A DNA stretch of 64,000 nucleotides from Batkoa obscura (lineage: Eukaryota), in the NCBI GenBank assembly GCA_030770535.1, contig JASVEC010000014.1, positions 310,001 to 374,000 of the forward strand, read 5' to 3'. The translations under genes and the position numbers were made by a program. Positions 12,612 through 24,717 of this stretch are shown piece by piece. Within the stretch, counting starts at the first letter, position 1; every line of letters begins with the position of its first letter. Under the pieces are notes generated by a model. That model did no database searches. It worked only from the letters and a program-made list of their open reading frames with translations, and was not told the DNA's origin.

Positions 12612-14099
12612 TTAAGCCATAAGGGAAGGAGAACGAGAACAAAGGAAGAACATGATACCCGCAGTTAAGCCAGAGAAAGGTAAAGTTAAAAACCAAGAGA
12701 AAAAGCACCAACCTAACATTCTCCAATTAAGAGAAGAAGCTGAACCATTACAAAGACCAACTGCAGCTGTAGCTCCAGTAATACAATGAGTAGTAGAAAC
12801 AGGTAGACCAATTTTAGAAGCTGTAATAACAGTCAATGAAGTACCTAATTCCATTGAAAACCCTCTTGATGGAGAAACATAAGTAATCTTTGTGCCCAAT
12901 GCTTTGAATATATTGTAACCATAAGTACATAATCCTAAATCAATAGCAATACCACCAAATACAACTACCCATAATGGTACTGGTATTTCTTTATTAATAG
13001 TACCACTTTGCCAAATATTATAAACAACAGATAATGGACCAATAGCATTAGCTACATCATTAGAACCATGTGCAAATGAAGCCATACAAGCAGTAATCAC
13101 TTGTAAAGTAGAATACATATATTCTGTATCATTATCATATCTAACAGCTGAATCCATAACTTCCTGAACATGATCACTTTCTACTTTATGAATATCGGTA
13201 GATACACCTTTAGTTAATGCTCTTTTAATTTTTCCAAAGAAAGTAACAGGTTCTACTTCTTCATCATATGTTTTCTCTTTAGGTACCTCAGGAGAAATGT
13301 CTGATCTCTTTGGTTGTGGACCAACAAATGGCATAATTGGAATATGATACCATTTTAAATTTTCATCATTTTTAAGTTTACGACGTAAATAAGGTACAAT
13401 AAAAAACCAACAAAAGATGGCTACAGCTACAGAAACACCCACGGTAATACCAGCTAATACAGGTATATTTAAAGATTTAGTGCCTTTACCATTTTTGAAT
13501 ATAACATAAAATATATTAATAGCCGCAGTTAAACCAAAATAAATTGGAATAGCTTTTAAACCACGTTCAAACGAGTTTTCATGTTTTAAAACTAAATGTT
13601 TGGTCACTAAAAATATAATACTGGCAACAATACCTGCAGTTACTGGGGATACAAACCAAGAAGTTACAATTTTAGCTACCCCATCATAACCCCAGATAAC
13701 GGATTGTGGTCCAAAACCAGCAATACCAACACCAATTACAGCACCAACAATAGCGTGGGTAGTTGATACTGGCCAACCTAAACGAGTAGCAATTAAAGTC
13801 CAAGTAGAAGAACCAACTAAGGCGCAAAACATAGCTAACATTAATAAAGGTGGGTTTTTTTCAAAATTAGAAATATCAATAATTGACTTTGATATAGTGG
13901 ATGCGGTTTCTGCTCCTAACAAAAAGGCACCAAAAAATTCAGTAAACACAGCAATCACACATGCTTGTTTTAAGGTTATCGATCTGGATCCTACCGAAGT
14001 TGAGAATGAATTAGCTACATCGTTAGCCCCAATACCATAAGCATCAATAAAGGCTACTATAACCGTTACCGCAAACAACCAAGTGTATTCGTCTAACAT
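12612..14099 (-). CDS. PHO89: PiT-family Na+/phosphate symporter (Pho89 / Neurospora PHO-4-like)
   Basis: GIGANDVANSF, GWPVSTTH, AHGSNDVANAIGP and GLPVSTTHCITGA signatures; intronless. Confidence 0.93.
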   Translation of the reverse strand: MLDEYTWLFAVTVIVAFIDAYGIGANDVANSFSTSVGSRSITLKQACVIAVFTEFFGAFLLGAETASTISKSIIDISNFEKNPPLLMLAMFCALVGSSTWTLIATRLGWPVSTTHAIVGAVIGVGIAGFGPQSVIWGYDGVAKIVTSWFVSPVTAGIVASIIFLVTKHLVLKHENSFERGLKAIPIYFGLTAAINIFYVIFKNGKGTKSLNIPVLAGITVGVSVAVAIFCWFFIVPYLRRKLKNDENLKWYHIPIMPFVGPQPKRSDISPEVPKEKTYDEEVEPVTFFGKIKRALTKGVSTDIHKVESDHVQEVMDSAVRYDNDTEYMYSTLQVITACMASFAHGSNDVANAIGPLSVVYNIWQSGTINKEIPVPLWVVVFGGIAIDLGLCTYGYNIFKALGTKITYVSPSRGFSMELGTSLTVITASKIGLPVSTTHCITGATAAVGLCNGSASSLNWRMLGWCFFSWFLTLPFSGLTAGIMFFLCSRSPSLMA

Positions 14100-15374
14100 G
14101 TGTGGAACTGGAGAGCTATTAAAGTTGATGAAAAGCCTATTAGTCAGTGTTAAAAACCGATAATTTTAATTCAAAGTCAAATGAGCTCTTTTTATACTCT
14201 TCTTTTTGAACAATACTACGATTAGGTTTAGTCAATGATATAATATTCAACAGACATGAATATTATTGAGATACAAACTACTTAATTTGTGTAATTTAAG
14301 TTAACTAAATTATTAATTAAGACTAGAAACTAAGATAATTGAATATTAAGAAAATGGAAAATTCTTAAATTAATTAATTTAGATATGATGAAAGTAATAA
14401 TATTCAATTCTATATTTATTTGTTTTAGATTATAATGAGTGGGGCAAGAAGAATTAGCTATTGAAAGGGTTTGACCTATAGTTTCAATAATAGTGGTAAA
14501 TTACTATTCAATTAAGAAGCTTCGAAATAAAGTTAAATTTTATTAATTTACTCAAAATTTAAAGCATTAAAATAGATTTTACAATACCAACTTTCTTTGT
14601 TGAGATCTAATAGACACAAAATTGTATATATTTTAGTATTAGATATATTGAGTATTATATTATAAGGGTACTTTTAAATGTTGTAATAAAAAGCATACTT
14701 TCAATACAAGTTGTATTTATTTAATTTTCTTAATCTTTTCACTAAATATAGCAATGATTGTTTTCTAAAACCACTTATTTTAAATTCAATTAATTATTTA
14801 TAAATTTTACAAAAATGATTCAAAATAAATTAGTTGAAATTTAATATTTTATTTGCCTCTTTCGATTTTGTGTTTTTTTGGGGGGGCTATTGAGTTATTG
14901 AATTATTGAAGATGAATGTAACTTTAGGCATTTTAACTACCGAGAAAAATAAAGGAGAAAATAATTCAAGTGATTAAAAAATTCTAGGCCATTTTTTTAA
15001 CTTGTACTTATTGTACTATTGAATTTATTTTGATTGATAATTAGTATTTTTACTATAATATCATACTTACAAATAAAAGCTTTATAATTCTACATCTATG
15101 AACTTAATCTTAAAAAGATTTTTTTCTTTATTCAGCTTAAACAGTATCTAATACTTCCGATTGATTACAAGAATTTATATTGAAATATCCCTACTTAATT
15201 TTAAATTATATTAATGTTTAGTATTTAATATTTAACAGGTCACAAAGTTATGTGATTTTTGTACTCTTATAATTCAGTTATTTTTTATCTAAAATTAAAT
15301 CAATTAACTTCACTATTCAATTTGTACTTATCTTATATACTCGTTTGTTTTATTTTTAAATAATAAGATCGTAT

Positions 15375-15469
15375 GGGGACGGATGTACTTTTGTAAAGAA
15401 TTTTACTAACTTTTTCACTCAAATAATGCTTAAGAAATGGAAAAGTGATGAAATTAAAAAAACACCCCC
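15375..15469 (+). mobile_element. ~95-bp MITE, copy 4
   Basis: GGGG...CCCC ends; GTAT/ATAT flanks. Confidence 0.85.
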
Positions 15470-15984
15470 ATATATGTATCTTTATTGTAAATAAACTACC
15501 ATGAGTTATTATTCTACTTGACTTCTTTCTTTTGTTTAAAAAAATAGCCTTATAATAAATAATATTGATTATAATAATTCTAAAATTAGACTATCAATAA
15601 CTTATAACTATTAAGATATATAAAAAAGCACTTCAAAATGGTTTAATAAATGAGTATTATCTCCATATCAAATTATTTTTGCTATTAACCGTTTTACCAC
15701 CAAATGGCACAAGCATTAGCACCTAATAAACTTCATAAATAGTAATTGGGTATTGAATTCCAATTTTAATAAAACTAATATACTATTTATGAGTATCAAA
15801 CAGCTGGTTAGGGATATTTAATATGTAAGATTAACAATCCAGTTTAAAACTGACATTTAAATAATACAGCTAAATAGACATTTTTAAATTTATTAATTTA
15901 AAAAATATAATATATCAATAACATAAATACTTAAAAATTATTTAATTTAAGTACTAATTAACAATGTTTTAACAAATTTATCTT

Positions 15985-16698
15985 TTACCCCATAAAAACA
16001 GTCAAAAGTAAAGCTAAAATTAATTCTTGATTAACAAAGCTAATATTAATTGTTCTGATAGCTCCAGATCCACTTGGACTTGTAGTAACTGCACTTTTAC
16101 TAGTACTACTTTCTTTTCTATTAGTTAATGATACTTTACCGGTACTGGTCTCCTTATCAGTTTTACTAGACCCTATATCATTTGATTCAGTAGCCTCGGA
16201 TTCACTTTTTACTTCACTTTCAGCTTTCTTACCAGTTTCCTTTGGTTTAATTTGATCATCATCCTGAGTTTTTGTGGTCTCTGGAACTTTAGTACCACTC
16301 TTAACATCTTTGGGCTCTGTAATTTTAGTAGCATTACTGTCTTGATTTTTGTTATCAGTCACTGACTTTTCTTCCTTTTTCTCAACTTTTACATCGGAGC
16401 CATCAATTACTGATAAAGAAGTACTATCAGTTCTTCCATCTGAAGGATAGTAATGATCCAATTCAGGACAAAATGCACTACCATCGGTACTTACAAGAAC
16501 ACAAGCCCCACCTCCATTTTTTATACAATGACGAAAATCACCACTAGCTACACAACCAATCGCATTTTTACGTGTACATTTAGCAGGTATGTTATTCATA
16601 CTAGTAAACATACCAAGAGCTTCACAATTATCATTGCAGCATCCACATTTTAAACCTGCTATTGTATTAATTAACAAAAAGATCAAAGGAAGTTTCAT
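15985..16698 (-). CDS. Putative GPI-anchored cell-surface protein with a Cys-rich N-terminal domain
   Basis: Signal peptide, 9 Cys in about 60 aa, K/E/S/T-rich stalk, SGSGA followed by a hydrophobic C-terminus. Confidence 0.75.
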   Translation of the reverse strand: MKLPLIFLLINTIAGLKCGCCNDNCEALGMFTSMNNIPAKCTRKNAIGCVASGDFRHCIKNGGGACVLVSTDGSAFCPELDHYYPSDGRTDSTSLSVIDGSDVKVEKKEEKSVTDNKNQDSNATKITEPKDVKSGTKVPETTKTQDDDQIKPKETGKKAESEVKSESEATESNDIGSSKTDKETSTGKVSLTNRKESSTSKSAVTTSPSGSGAIRTINISFVNQELILALLLTVFMG

Positions 16699-18451
16699 TA
16701 CTTATACTAAAGAAGAGATGAAAAAGAAGAAATTAGTTTTTAATTGAAAACAAAGTTGAATCATGAATGCTTTTGTTTATTTATATATGTGGTTTAAGCT
16801 AGGGTACGGTTTGTTGTTTTGATTGGATAGTTAACCACTATGTTCTTATATTCTTATATATAGTAAATTTAGATGACACAAGGTTTATAACTTCTTATTT
16901 TATATGCTACGCACCTGGGTGATTGATAACTCCACCCCATTTACTGCTTTTAAAGAAACCCTCTTTATACCAAATTGGGGCATACACTAACATACATATT
17001 GACTATTGCTTTCTATAAGCGGGAAAATTAATATTTGTTCACAATCATATAGCTTATTTGAAATAGATTTTAAAGAATAATAAGCACTTTGTTATCATAA
17101 AGGTTATATGTTAGATTTCTATACGATAGCGTTATGACGACTACAAACATAACAAAAGTTTGTTAATATTTTGGATTAGTTTACCTATTACTTGCTGATC
17201 CCAGTTTCGGTGTTTAATTACTTAATTGCTAACATTAAAATGAGATAAAAAATCAAATCGACTAAGCTAATAAGAATAATTGTTAAAAGTGTTTTACTAG
17301 TAAATTATAATCTAACTATTAACTCATATCGTGAAAAAAGTATAGGCAAATAAAGGCTATTTTGTTTTTATTTGAAAATATTCTACTAGAAATTTATAAA
17401 TATTCCGCCTCAGTGGTGTGGCTCATCCATTGGGCTTTTTATAATATGATATTCAAGTTCATGGAATCACCTCCTTCACTTTAAAGAATGTTTCTGGAAT
17501 TGAAAATTATGCTCAAACGTGGAGCGAAACATGCTCTTATGGTTACTTTGTAATCAAAAAGTGGCTTTAAATAGATAATAATACTTCCTCCTGGGATCTT
17601 TCTCCTGCTCTCCTCCATAGATTTGTTCTTATACTTGTTGTATCTTTTTTAAAATAAACCTACGCGCCTTTCTTTCGATTGGTATGTTTAAAAAAATAAA
17701 TTGCGACTAAGAAAATTAAGCCTTAGGTTTAAGATAGGCCAACTATAAAAAGTTCAATTTTTTAATAGGGGCTATAAGCTAAAGTATCAAATTATTGTAT
17801 TAAAGTTTAAAATATACTACATATAATCAATCATTAAACTATTGGTAAATATTTAGTGTACTTGGATCAAATCAAAATATATGATTTCTTGAAGAATTTC
17901 ATAAGAATCGAAAAAACAGATTTCAAAAATAAATAGCCGAAGTTCGAGTTTAGGTCTTGGTAAGCCCAAAATGGATTAGATATTTATCAAAGAGACTCTA
18001 CTTTTTAAAGCAGTATAAATTTGAGCCGCCTGTCAAAAAACTCGCAAACATTCAAATTTCCTTCTGATATTTCTTTATCTAAGTTCCTTCGATTACTTAA
18101 ATAAAATGTACTCCTCATTATGACTAAGTGATTGAATAATATTTAATAAGACACTCTGACAATAAGTTCAGTTCAGTGGAGATTCATTTGACTTTATTTA
18201 AAAGTAGCTCTTATTTAGGACTCCTAGACCTTCATAAATGTAAAAAAATCTTAGGAATTCTTTAAGAACTTAAGTAAAATATTACTATAAAATGTATATA
18301 AATAGGATTTTACATTACATATATATCAAGTTAAATAAAACAATGATAGTTTTAATAGTTATTGTTTTTTAAAAATATAATGATTTAAACTCACATGTTT
18401 TCCAATATAAATTTTTTGAATTTAAACGTCATTTTCTCTTCATTTTCTAAA

Positions 18452-20022
18452 ATGGCAGTGGACAAAAAAAAATACGATATAATTGTACTTGGAGCAACTG
18501 GATTTACTGGAAGCTTCATATTTAAGGAATTAGTAAATATCCTGAGCGATGTCAATAAGATTAGCCATTGGGATTCATTAAAAGAAAAACATCTAAAGAT
18601 TGCTATAGCTGGAAGGAACTCTGTTAAATTGAATGGTAAAATTATATGAAATTGAAACACTCTGTATTGATTTTTAGATCTTGTAAAAAACACCTTAAAT
18701 GAATATCCTTCTTTCAATGATGGCGTCGATTGCTTAGTTGTAGATGTGACCGACTTAGAGCAACTTATGCAAGTTACTGAGCAAGCAAAAGTAGTCCTAA
18801 GCGCCGTTGGACCAGTAAGTATAAAATTTAAACTATTAAAATCATTTCTAAAAAACAGTACAAAATCTATGGTCCAAAAGTCTTAGAAGCCTGTATAAAT
18901 ACAGAATCTCACTATGTGGATATTACTGGAGAAGTAGGGTTTATTGAAAATTCATACTGTGAATTTAACAATGAGGCTAAGAGAAAAGACCTAGCATTGG
19001 TACATTGCTGTGGCTTTGATTCCACACCAGCTGATTTGGGAACTTTATTATTAAAAAAGTATTTAGTTGGAAAGGGATTAGAGCCTCAATCGATTGATAT
19101 GTTCGTAGAATTTATTGTTAAAAGCTATAGTGGGTCTGGTAATTTCACTACGTTTGAATGTGCAATGTTAGCTATGACTCAAAGAAATCCATACCGCAAA
19201 AAATTCAAGGTGGGTACTAACTATTTGCTGGGCTTTAATTCTAATAATTTTAGGAACTCCTTCCAAGAGCTCCAGCTCCACCCAATAACCTATCACGATC
19301 TAAACTACCTGCTTTTGAACCAAGAATAAATGGCTATGTCATCCCTTTTCCTATGGCTGATGGACCAGTAGTAAATATGACACAAAACATTATCCATAAA
19401 GAAAAACAAAGTGAGAATTGTGATCTTGAAAGTAGCATAACATCTCTGCCTGCTAGCAACATAGGGTCCTATTTTAAATTCAAAAACTTATTCCATACTA
19501 TTGCGGCGGTTTTCATGGCAATTATATGCGGTATCATATTGAAGTTACCCTTTGGCCCATCTTTAATATTGAGATACCCACACTTTTTTACTTTAGGGGT
19601 TTTCAAACCTTTAGATATGAGTAAACCATCCTTAGAAGGGATTAAAAATGACAGCTTTAATGTTACTTTTATTGCTAAATGCAAAAAGGCTGGCTCGGAT
19701 TCAGGTTAGATATATTAGTATAGCTGAAAGTATTGTTTTAATATCATTATAGTTTCTGAAGTAAAAGCAAAGTTTTCTGGTCCAGAACCTGGTTATAATT
19801 TCACTTCTAAAGCAGCTGCCGTAGCAGCTTTAACTATACTTAAGGAAAAGGTAGTTTTTATTAAAGAATAATCTATTAAATTTACTTATTTTCAAGGTAT
19901 ACGATGGTACTCTCAAAGTTAAAGGGGTGTTGACTCCAGGACTTGCTTTGTTCAACACTAACTTCACTGATCGTATCAATGCACATGAACCTACTGTCAA
20001 GTTCGAAATTTATGAAAATTAA
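18452..20022 (+). CDS. Saccharopine dehydrogenase-like oxidoreductase (SCCPDH family), multi-exon
   Basis: YDIIVLGATGFTG, IAIAGRN, VGPY, YVDITGE, CCGFDSTPADLG, GPEPGY and GVLTPG motifs. Confidence 0.88.
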
Positions 20023-20233
20023 ACTGAAAATTATTTTTGATATTAAAATTGGTTCAATACTGGCATAATATATAATCATTGATTTACTATTTTTATTTTC
20101 TAAATCTAAAAAGTGTACATACTACTTGACTTCTATATTATGTGCAAAATTGGTTTATAAAACCCAGATTTGTATTATAAAAAATAAAAAGCATATTTAA
20201 TGTATTATAAAAAATATCCTTTAATATGAAAAA

Positions 20234-21232
20234 CTAATTTCCTACCCCTGTTAGCTTAAATAAAGCCTCATTGATCTTAGTTTGAATAGAGGACCATTCT
20301 AAGTTAAGCTGGGCTAAATCATAGTTACCATTAGCTAATACTTCATCATATGTACCACCACACTCAGCATATAGAGCATTAATATCATCGTCATTTTTAA
20401 CTGCTGCAACTTTATTATCAAAGCCGCAAAGTTGGCGTAAGCTCTTTCGACCATTAAAATCAGACTGAGCTTTTTCAGTATTTTGTGGAAGTTTTTCATC
20501 AGAATAAATCTCCTTTTGTTTGTCTAGATAATCTATATTACTTGGCTTATTATAGATTTGTTCTCTTGAGTAATCAGCTTCAATTAGTTTAGAATCTGAA
20601 CTATGAACTGACCCACTATTTGTCTTAGTTGACGTAATGTATATCACAGCTAACCCAGTAGTTGAAGACTTAAATGGAGTGTTAGATGTTACAACTGGCT
20701 GAGCAGTTGAAGTAGCAGATGATAAATAATATGGCAAATTAGACTTTACAATTGACTTAGATGTTAGTTCACTAATTCCTATTATACTTGTTGTAGCTGA
20801 CTGAGTAGCTGAAGTAACAGATCCTATGGTTGGCTCAGTCGTTGATGTTTTGAATAGCTTAGCAGATGATATATCATCTACTATAGTTGGCTTGGGCTTA
20901 GTATTTAGATTTTTGGACTCAGATTTATCTTTATTATTACGCTCAGTACCATCAGAAACACCCTCTTTTTTAGCATTTATTTCTTTATTGATCTCAAACC
21001 ATTGGGAATTAATGCTTGATAGATTATTAGGTTTTTCCTTGACTTTCTGATTGTACTTTTTTCCACAATCAGCTAGAATATCGCTATACTGCTCTCTAGT
21101 TATAGCGGAACCTATTTTGCTCTTATAGTTACATAAGCTGTGTAAGTCATCCCCAGTTCCAGCTGGGGCTGGAGTAGCGCTTATCAATTCAATAACAAGA
21201 ATAGGAATCAAAAAAATAATATTATATCTCAT
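20234..21232 (-). CDS. Secreted protein with two copies of an unrecognised ~57-aa two-Cys domain flanking an S/T-rich linker
   Basis: Signal peptide; aa 30-86 align without gaps to aa 265-321. Confidence 0.75.
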   Translation of the reverse strand: MRYNIIFLIPILVIELISATPAPAGTGDDLHSLCNYKSKIGSAITREQYSDILADCGKKYNQKVKEKPNNLSSINSQWFEINKEINAKKEGVSDGTERNNKDKSESKNLNTKPKPTIVDDISSAKLFKTSTTEPTIGSVTSATQSATTSIIGISELTSKSIVKSNLPYYLSSATSTAQPVVTSNTPFKSSTTGLAVIYITSTKTNSGSVHSSDSKLIEADYSREQIYNKPSNIDYLDKQKEIYSDEKLPQNTEKAQSDFNGRKSLRQLCGFDNKVAAVKNDDDINALYAECGGTYDEVLANGNYDLAQLNLEWSSIQTKINEALFKLTGVGN

Positions 21233-22350
21233 CTATAGATAAATTAAACAAAAAAATATGCATCTATTAATTTTATTTTATAAATATATATTAGTTTTGG
21301 TTTCTAGTTGTTGTACACTTCAATGTAGCAGTAAATTTATATTTTTAATGTAGGAACTTGTAATTAGTTTGTATCAATCTTTCTTGGCTAAATTTATAGC
21401 TAAAATTTATAAAATAGTTCGAATATTTGGATTTAATTAATAACAATAATGAGAGCATTATGTGATATCTATAGTTTTTAATTATTCAATTAATACCAAA
21501 CTTTATAATAAAGAACCAATAAATGATCTAAATTGTTTGAAACTTTTGTTTAGTCTTCAAAAGTACAATCAGTGTATTATCATTAAGAAATAAATTCAAT
21601 AGGAACCCTAAGTTATATCAAAATTTAAATTCATTCTCTTCTAAAGCTGTTGTTTAAAATCAACAAAGATTCATATATGAACGATAGTATGCAGTACAGG
21701 TGTTAATAAAATAAGATATAGGCCTTTCAAAAAAGCCACATATAATGTTGATTTACTTATTCGACTATCTATTAGTATACAAAAACTGTAGAAAGCTTAT
21801 AGATCAAATTACTAGACTTTATGGAAATTACTAACTTGTCTTTAAAGCTTTGTTACTATCATTGCTAAACTTATTTTAAACTATTATAAGAAGCCAAATG
21901 CAGAATCTAAAGGTTTATTATAGTATTTTGTAAATGAATATATTCAGATTACCAACATAAGTTTATCATTATAATTAATTACTGCTATCATTTAATAAAT
22001 TAGCTCTCCAATAATACGATTTCCTAAACAAGTAGCTATTGTACTATGATGAACAATTTTTTTTATTTTGAACAATAATATTATAAAAATGATTTGAAAA
22101 TACTAATTTTAGTAAATTCAATCTCAATTTATTACTCTTAATTTTTTCGATATTAATAAATTGATTTATTTTCAAGTTTTTATTTTACTATTTAATGAAG
22201 CTTCTATATTAAGTAAACCTATCCTTTTCAAGAACATTTACTTTATTAAAACCCAAGTAAATCAAGTGTTCTAAGTTAATCATAAATAAACAGTACATTT
22301 TCAAATAAGATTACTTTCTTTTATTATTATTTGTTTCGAATTTATTATAA

Positions 22351-24024
22351 ATGAAGTGTAACAACTGCTATGAAGGGCTCGTTCGTGCCAATGAGCTCAC
22401 TGTAAAGGTGACTAGAAACTGCGAATTGATTCCTAATAATCGTGGATTTTTTAAACCATTAATTGATATATGCAAGGAAGGCCAAACTTTGATCAGTTCA
22501 GTTATAAATCAATATGGTGATATATTAACCCTTTGGCTGGAAAACACACAGTACTATTCCGAGATTGCTAACTACAACTCAATACTTGAAGGATGCATGA
22601 ATGTAATTGACCTTTTTAATAATCTTAACTCTTTTACTAGGATAATGCAATATTCAAAATATGAGCTTTCATTGAAAGAACTTTTGGATAAATACAATAC
22701 AGCTTTAAAAGCAATCGAAAAAGTTCCTATTAATAAAATATCTCAATTGGGCGGAGGAAGAAAACCTGCTCAAAAAGTTGGTAAAGTTCCTGCAATAGAT
22801 ATTAATAGCGGTATTATCAATTTTGAAGGTAATATCTCAGGACATAACCGAATGAACTCATATACAAAGAAGCTCCCTAATATAGCTGAAGGTACCTATG
22901 CTTTGCCAACTTTACGAGAGTCCATTAATGAGTATAATCCTAATAACGTATTTCAAACTAAAAGCTCTGCGCTCACTTCACTGTCCAAATCCCCACCTGG
23001 AACTGCCCTTTCTTTTGATGAAGAATACCTAGTAGATGACTTAGCAAACGCCCAAAAATATAAGTCAATCCCTATTAGAAAAACCGATTCTATGCTTATT
23101 GGAACTAGGCATATACCTTCTCTATTAGAAGATTATAGCTTCAATCAAACCAAAATAACAGGCCAGGGTACTTTAGCACACATCGAGTTAAATAACGACA
23201 TGTCATTACCACTTATTATAGAAGACTCTTTTTTTTATAATGATCAAACTAACATCAAAAAGGAAATTCAAAAACCTGAGGTCAATGTTAATATAAAAAA
23301 AGGACTAGCTCCCAAGTCAAACGAATTAAATTCTTCCAGTATAAAAACGGATCAGTCCGAGATTTCCGATATTGATCTGTCTGGTATTGAAGATGATATG
23401 CTAGAAGAGCCGGATTCTTTACAGCATCAAAAAGTAAATCAAACTACCATAGATGATTTAAAGGCAGTTATCTACGAGACTAACATATTAGAACTTAGCT
23501 TAGCAAATTATCGCGAGATAAAAAAAGATGTAGTTAACCCTCAGGAACTTCTTGAGGAAGCATTAAAATTCCATTCTCAATCTACTACAGAATCTAGATC
23601 TAAAGCATTTGATAAGTTTCAATACATTCATACACAGTACAGCCTTCCTCAAGCTACTTATTTCCTAGGCTATTATTATTATTGGGGTTATGCGGTTAGC
23701 AAAGATCGAGAAAGAGCATTAGATTATTTTACTGAAGCCTCCCAGAATGGATCCTCGGATGCCATGGATCATTTAGGAATACATTACACTTTAAATGGAA
23801 ACCATACTAGAGCTTATGAATATTACCAATTAGCTTCAATGAAAAATAACTCCAAAGCGCTTTATCATTTATATGAGTGCTACCTTCATGGATTAGGGAT
23901 CGAGAAATCAGTTACAGAGGCCTTAGTTTATCTTAAAAGGGCAGCTAAAAATGGACATCCTAAAGCATGCAAAAAAGTAGAAAATTACATAAGAGAAGCA
24001 GCATCCACCAACGCTGCCAAATGA
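22351..24024 (+). CDS. Sel1-repeat protein with a helical N-terminal domain (putatively MLKL-like)
   Basis: C-terminal ATYFLGYYYYWGYAVSKDRERALDYF, AMDHLG and ALYHLYECYLHGLGIEKS are Sel1-like repeats; intronless, 557 aa. Confidence 0.8.
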   Translation: MKCNNCYEGLVRANELTVKVTRNCELIPNNRGFFKPLIDICKEGQTLISSVINQYGDILTLWLENTQYYSEIANYNSILEGCMNVIDLFNNLNSFTRIMQYSKYELSLKELLDKYNTALKAIEKVPINKISQLGGGRKPAQKVGKVPAIDINSGIINFEGNISGHNRMNSYTKKLPNIAEGTYALPTLRESINEYNPNNVFQTKSSALTSLSKSPPGTALSFDEEYLVDDLANAQKYKSIPIRKTDSMLIGTRHIPSLLEDYSFNQTKITGQGTLAHIELNNDMSLPLIIEDSFFYNDQTNIKKEIQKPEVNVNIKKGLAPKSNELNSSSIKTDQSEISDIDLSGIEDDMLEEPDSLQHQKVNQTTIDDLKAVIYETNILELSLANYREIKKDVVNPQELLEEALKFHSQSTTESRSKAFDKFQYIHTQYSLPQATYFLGYYYYWGYAVSKDRERALDYFTEASQNGSSDAMDHLGIHYTLNGNHTRAYEYYQLASMKNNSKALYHLYECYLHGLGIEKSVTEALVYLKRAAKNGHPKACKKVENYIREAASTNAAK

Positions 24025-24717
24025 TTTGGTTATTTTTACGTCCTGTTTTAAAAAAGTTTATAAAATTTTAAGTTATTTCATTAATTCTGATTTTTTTAGT
24101 GTGTTTTAAATTGTTTTTCGTACATGAATTCATGTTCGCTTACCGTTATTTTATTAATATAACAAATAAATTACACTAAACATAGTCGATGATATATACA
24201 TATTTATGCTATTTCAGTCCCAAATTCCAGCATTATATATCTTTTCTATCAAAAGCACTTAAAAATGCTGCAATATTTAGCTAAAATATTAGTTTAGATT
24301 ATACAAAGAACGTAACGTTGCTAAATGACAATTTTCATAACAAGTATGGTCAAGTTTGGTTAATATTAAAGGTTTTGTCAAAAATGACTATAGATCATAT
24401 TTTGGCATGTAGTAAAATGCATATTTAATAAACGAATCTAAATTATTGTATTATGTTAACTAAAAACAGTGGTTTAATATTTAGTAAAATAACACATCTC
24501 AACAAAACCTTTTCTTTATGAAATACTTTGTATATTAATATTAAATTTGCTCAACTCGCCTAAATTTCAACTTATATAAGGAAGATGATAAAAATGATAA
24601 AGAGAAACACTAAGTAAATTTGCTCACTCGGGTTTATTTTAATTATCTTCATAGCAAGAATATTGAACCCGATTTTCATTACATCCCAGCTAAATTATTA
24701 CATATATATTTAGACGT

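Noticed and set aside
17400..18250. GC-richer intergenic stretch; possible pseudogene, TE or ncRNA
   Set aside because: The frames I translated closed quickly with no motif; no tRNA cloverleaf or termini seen
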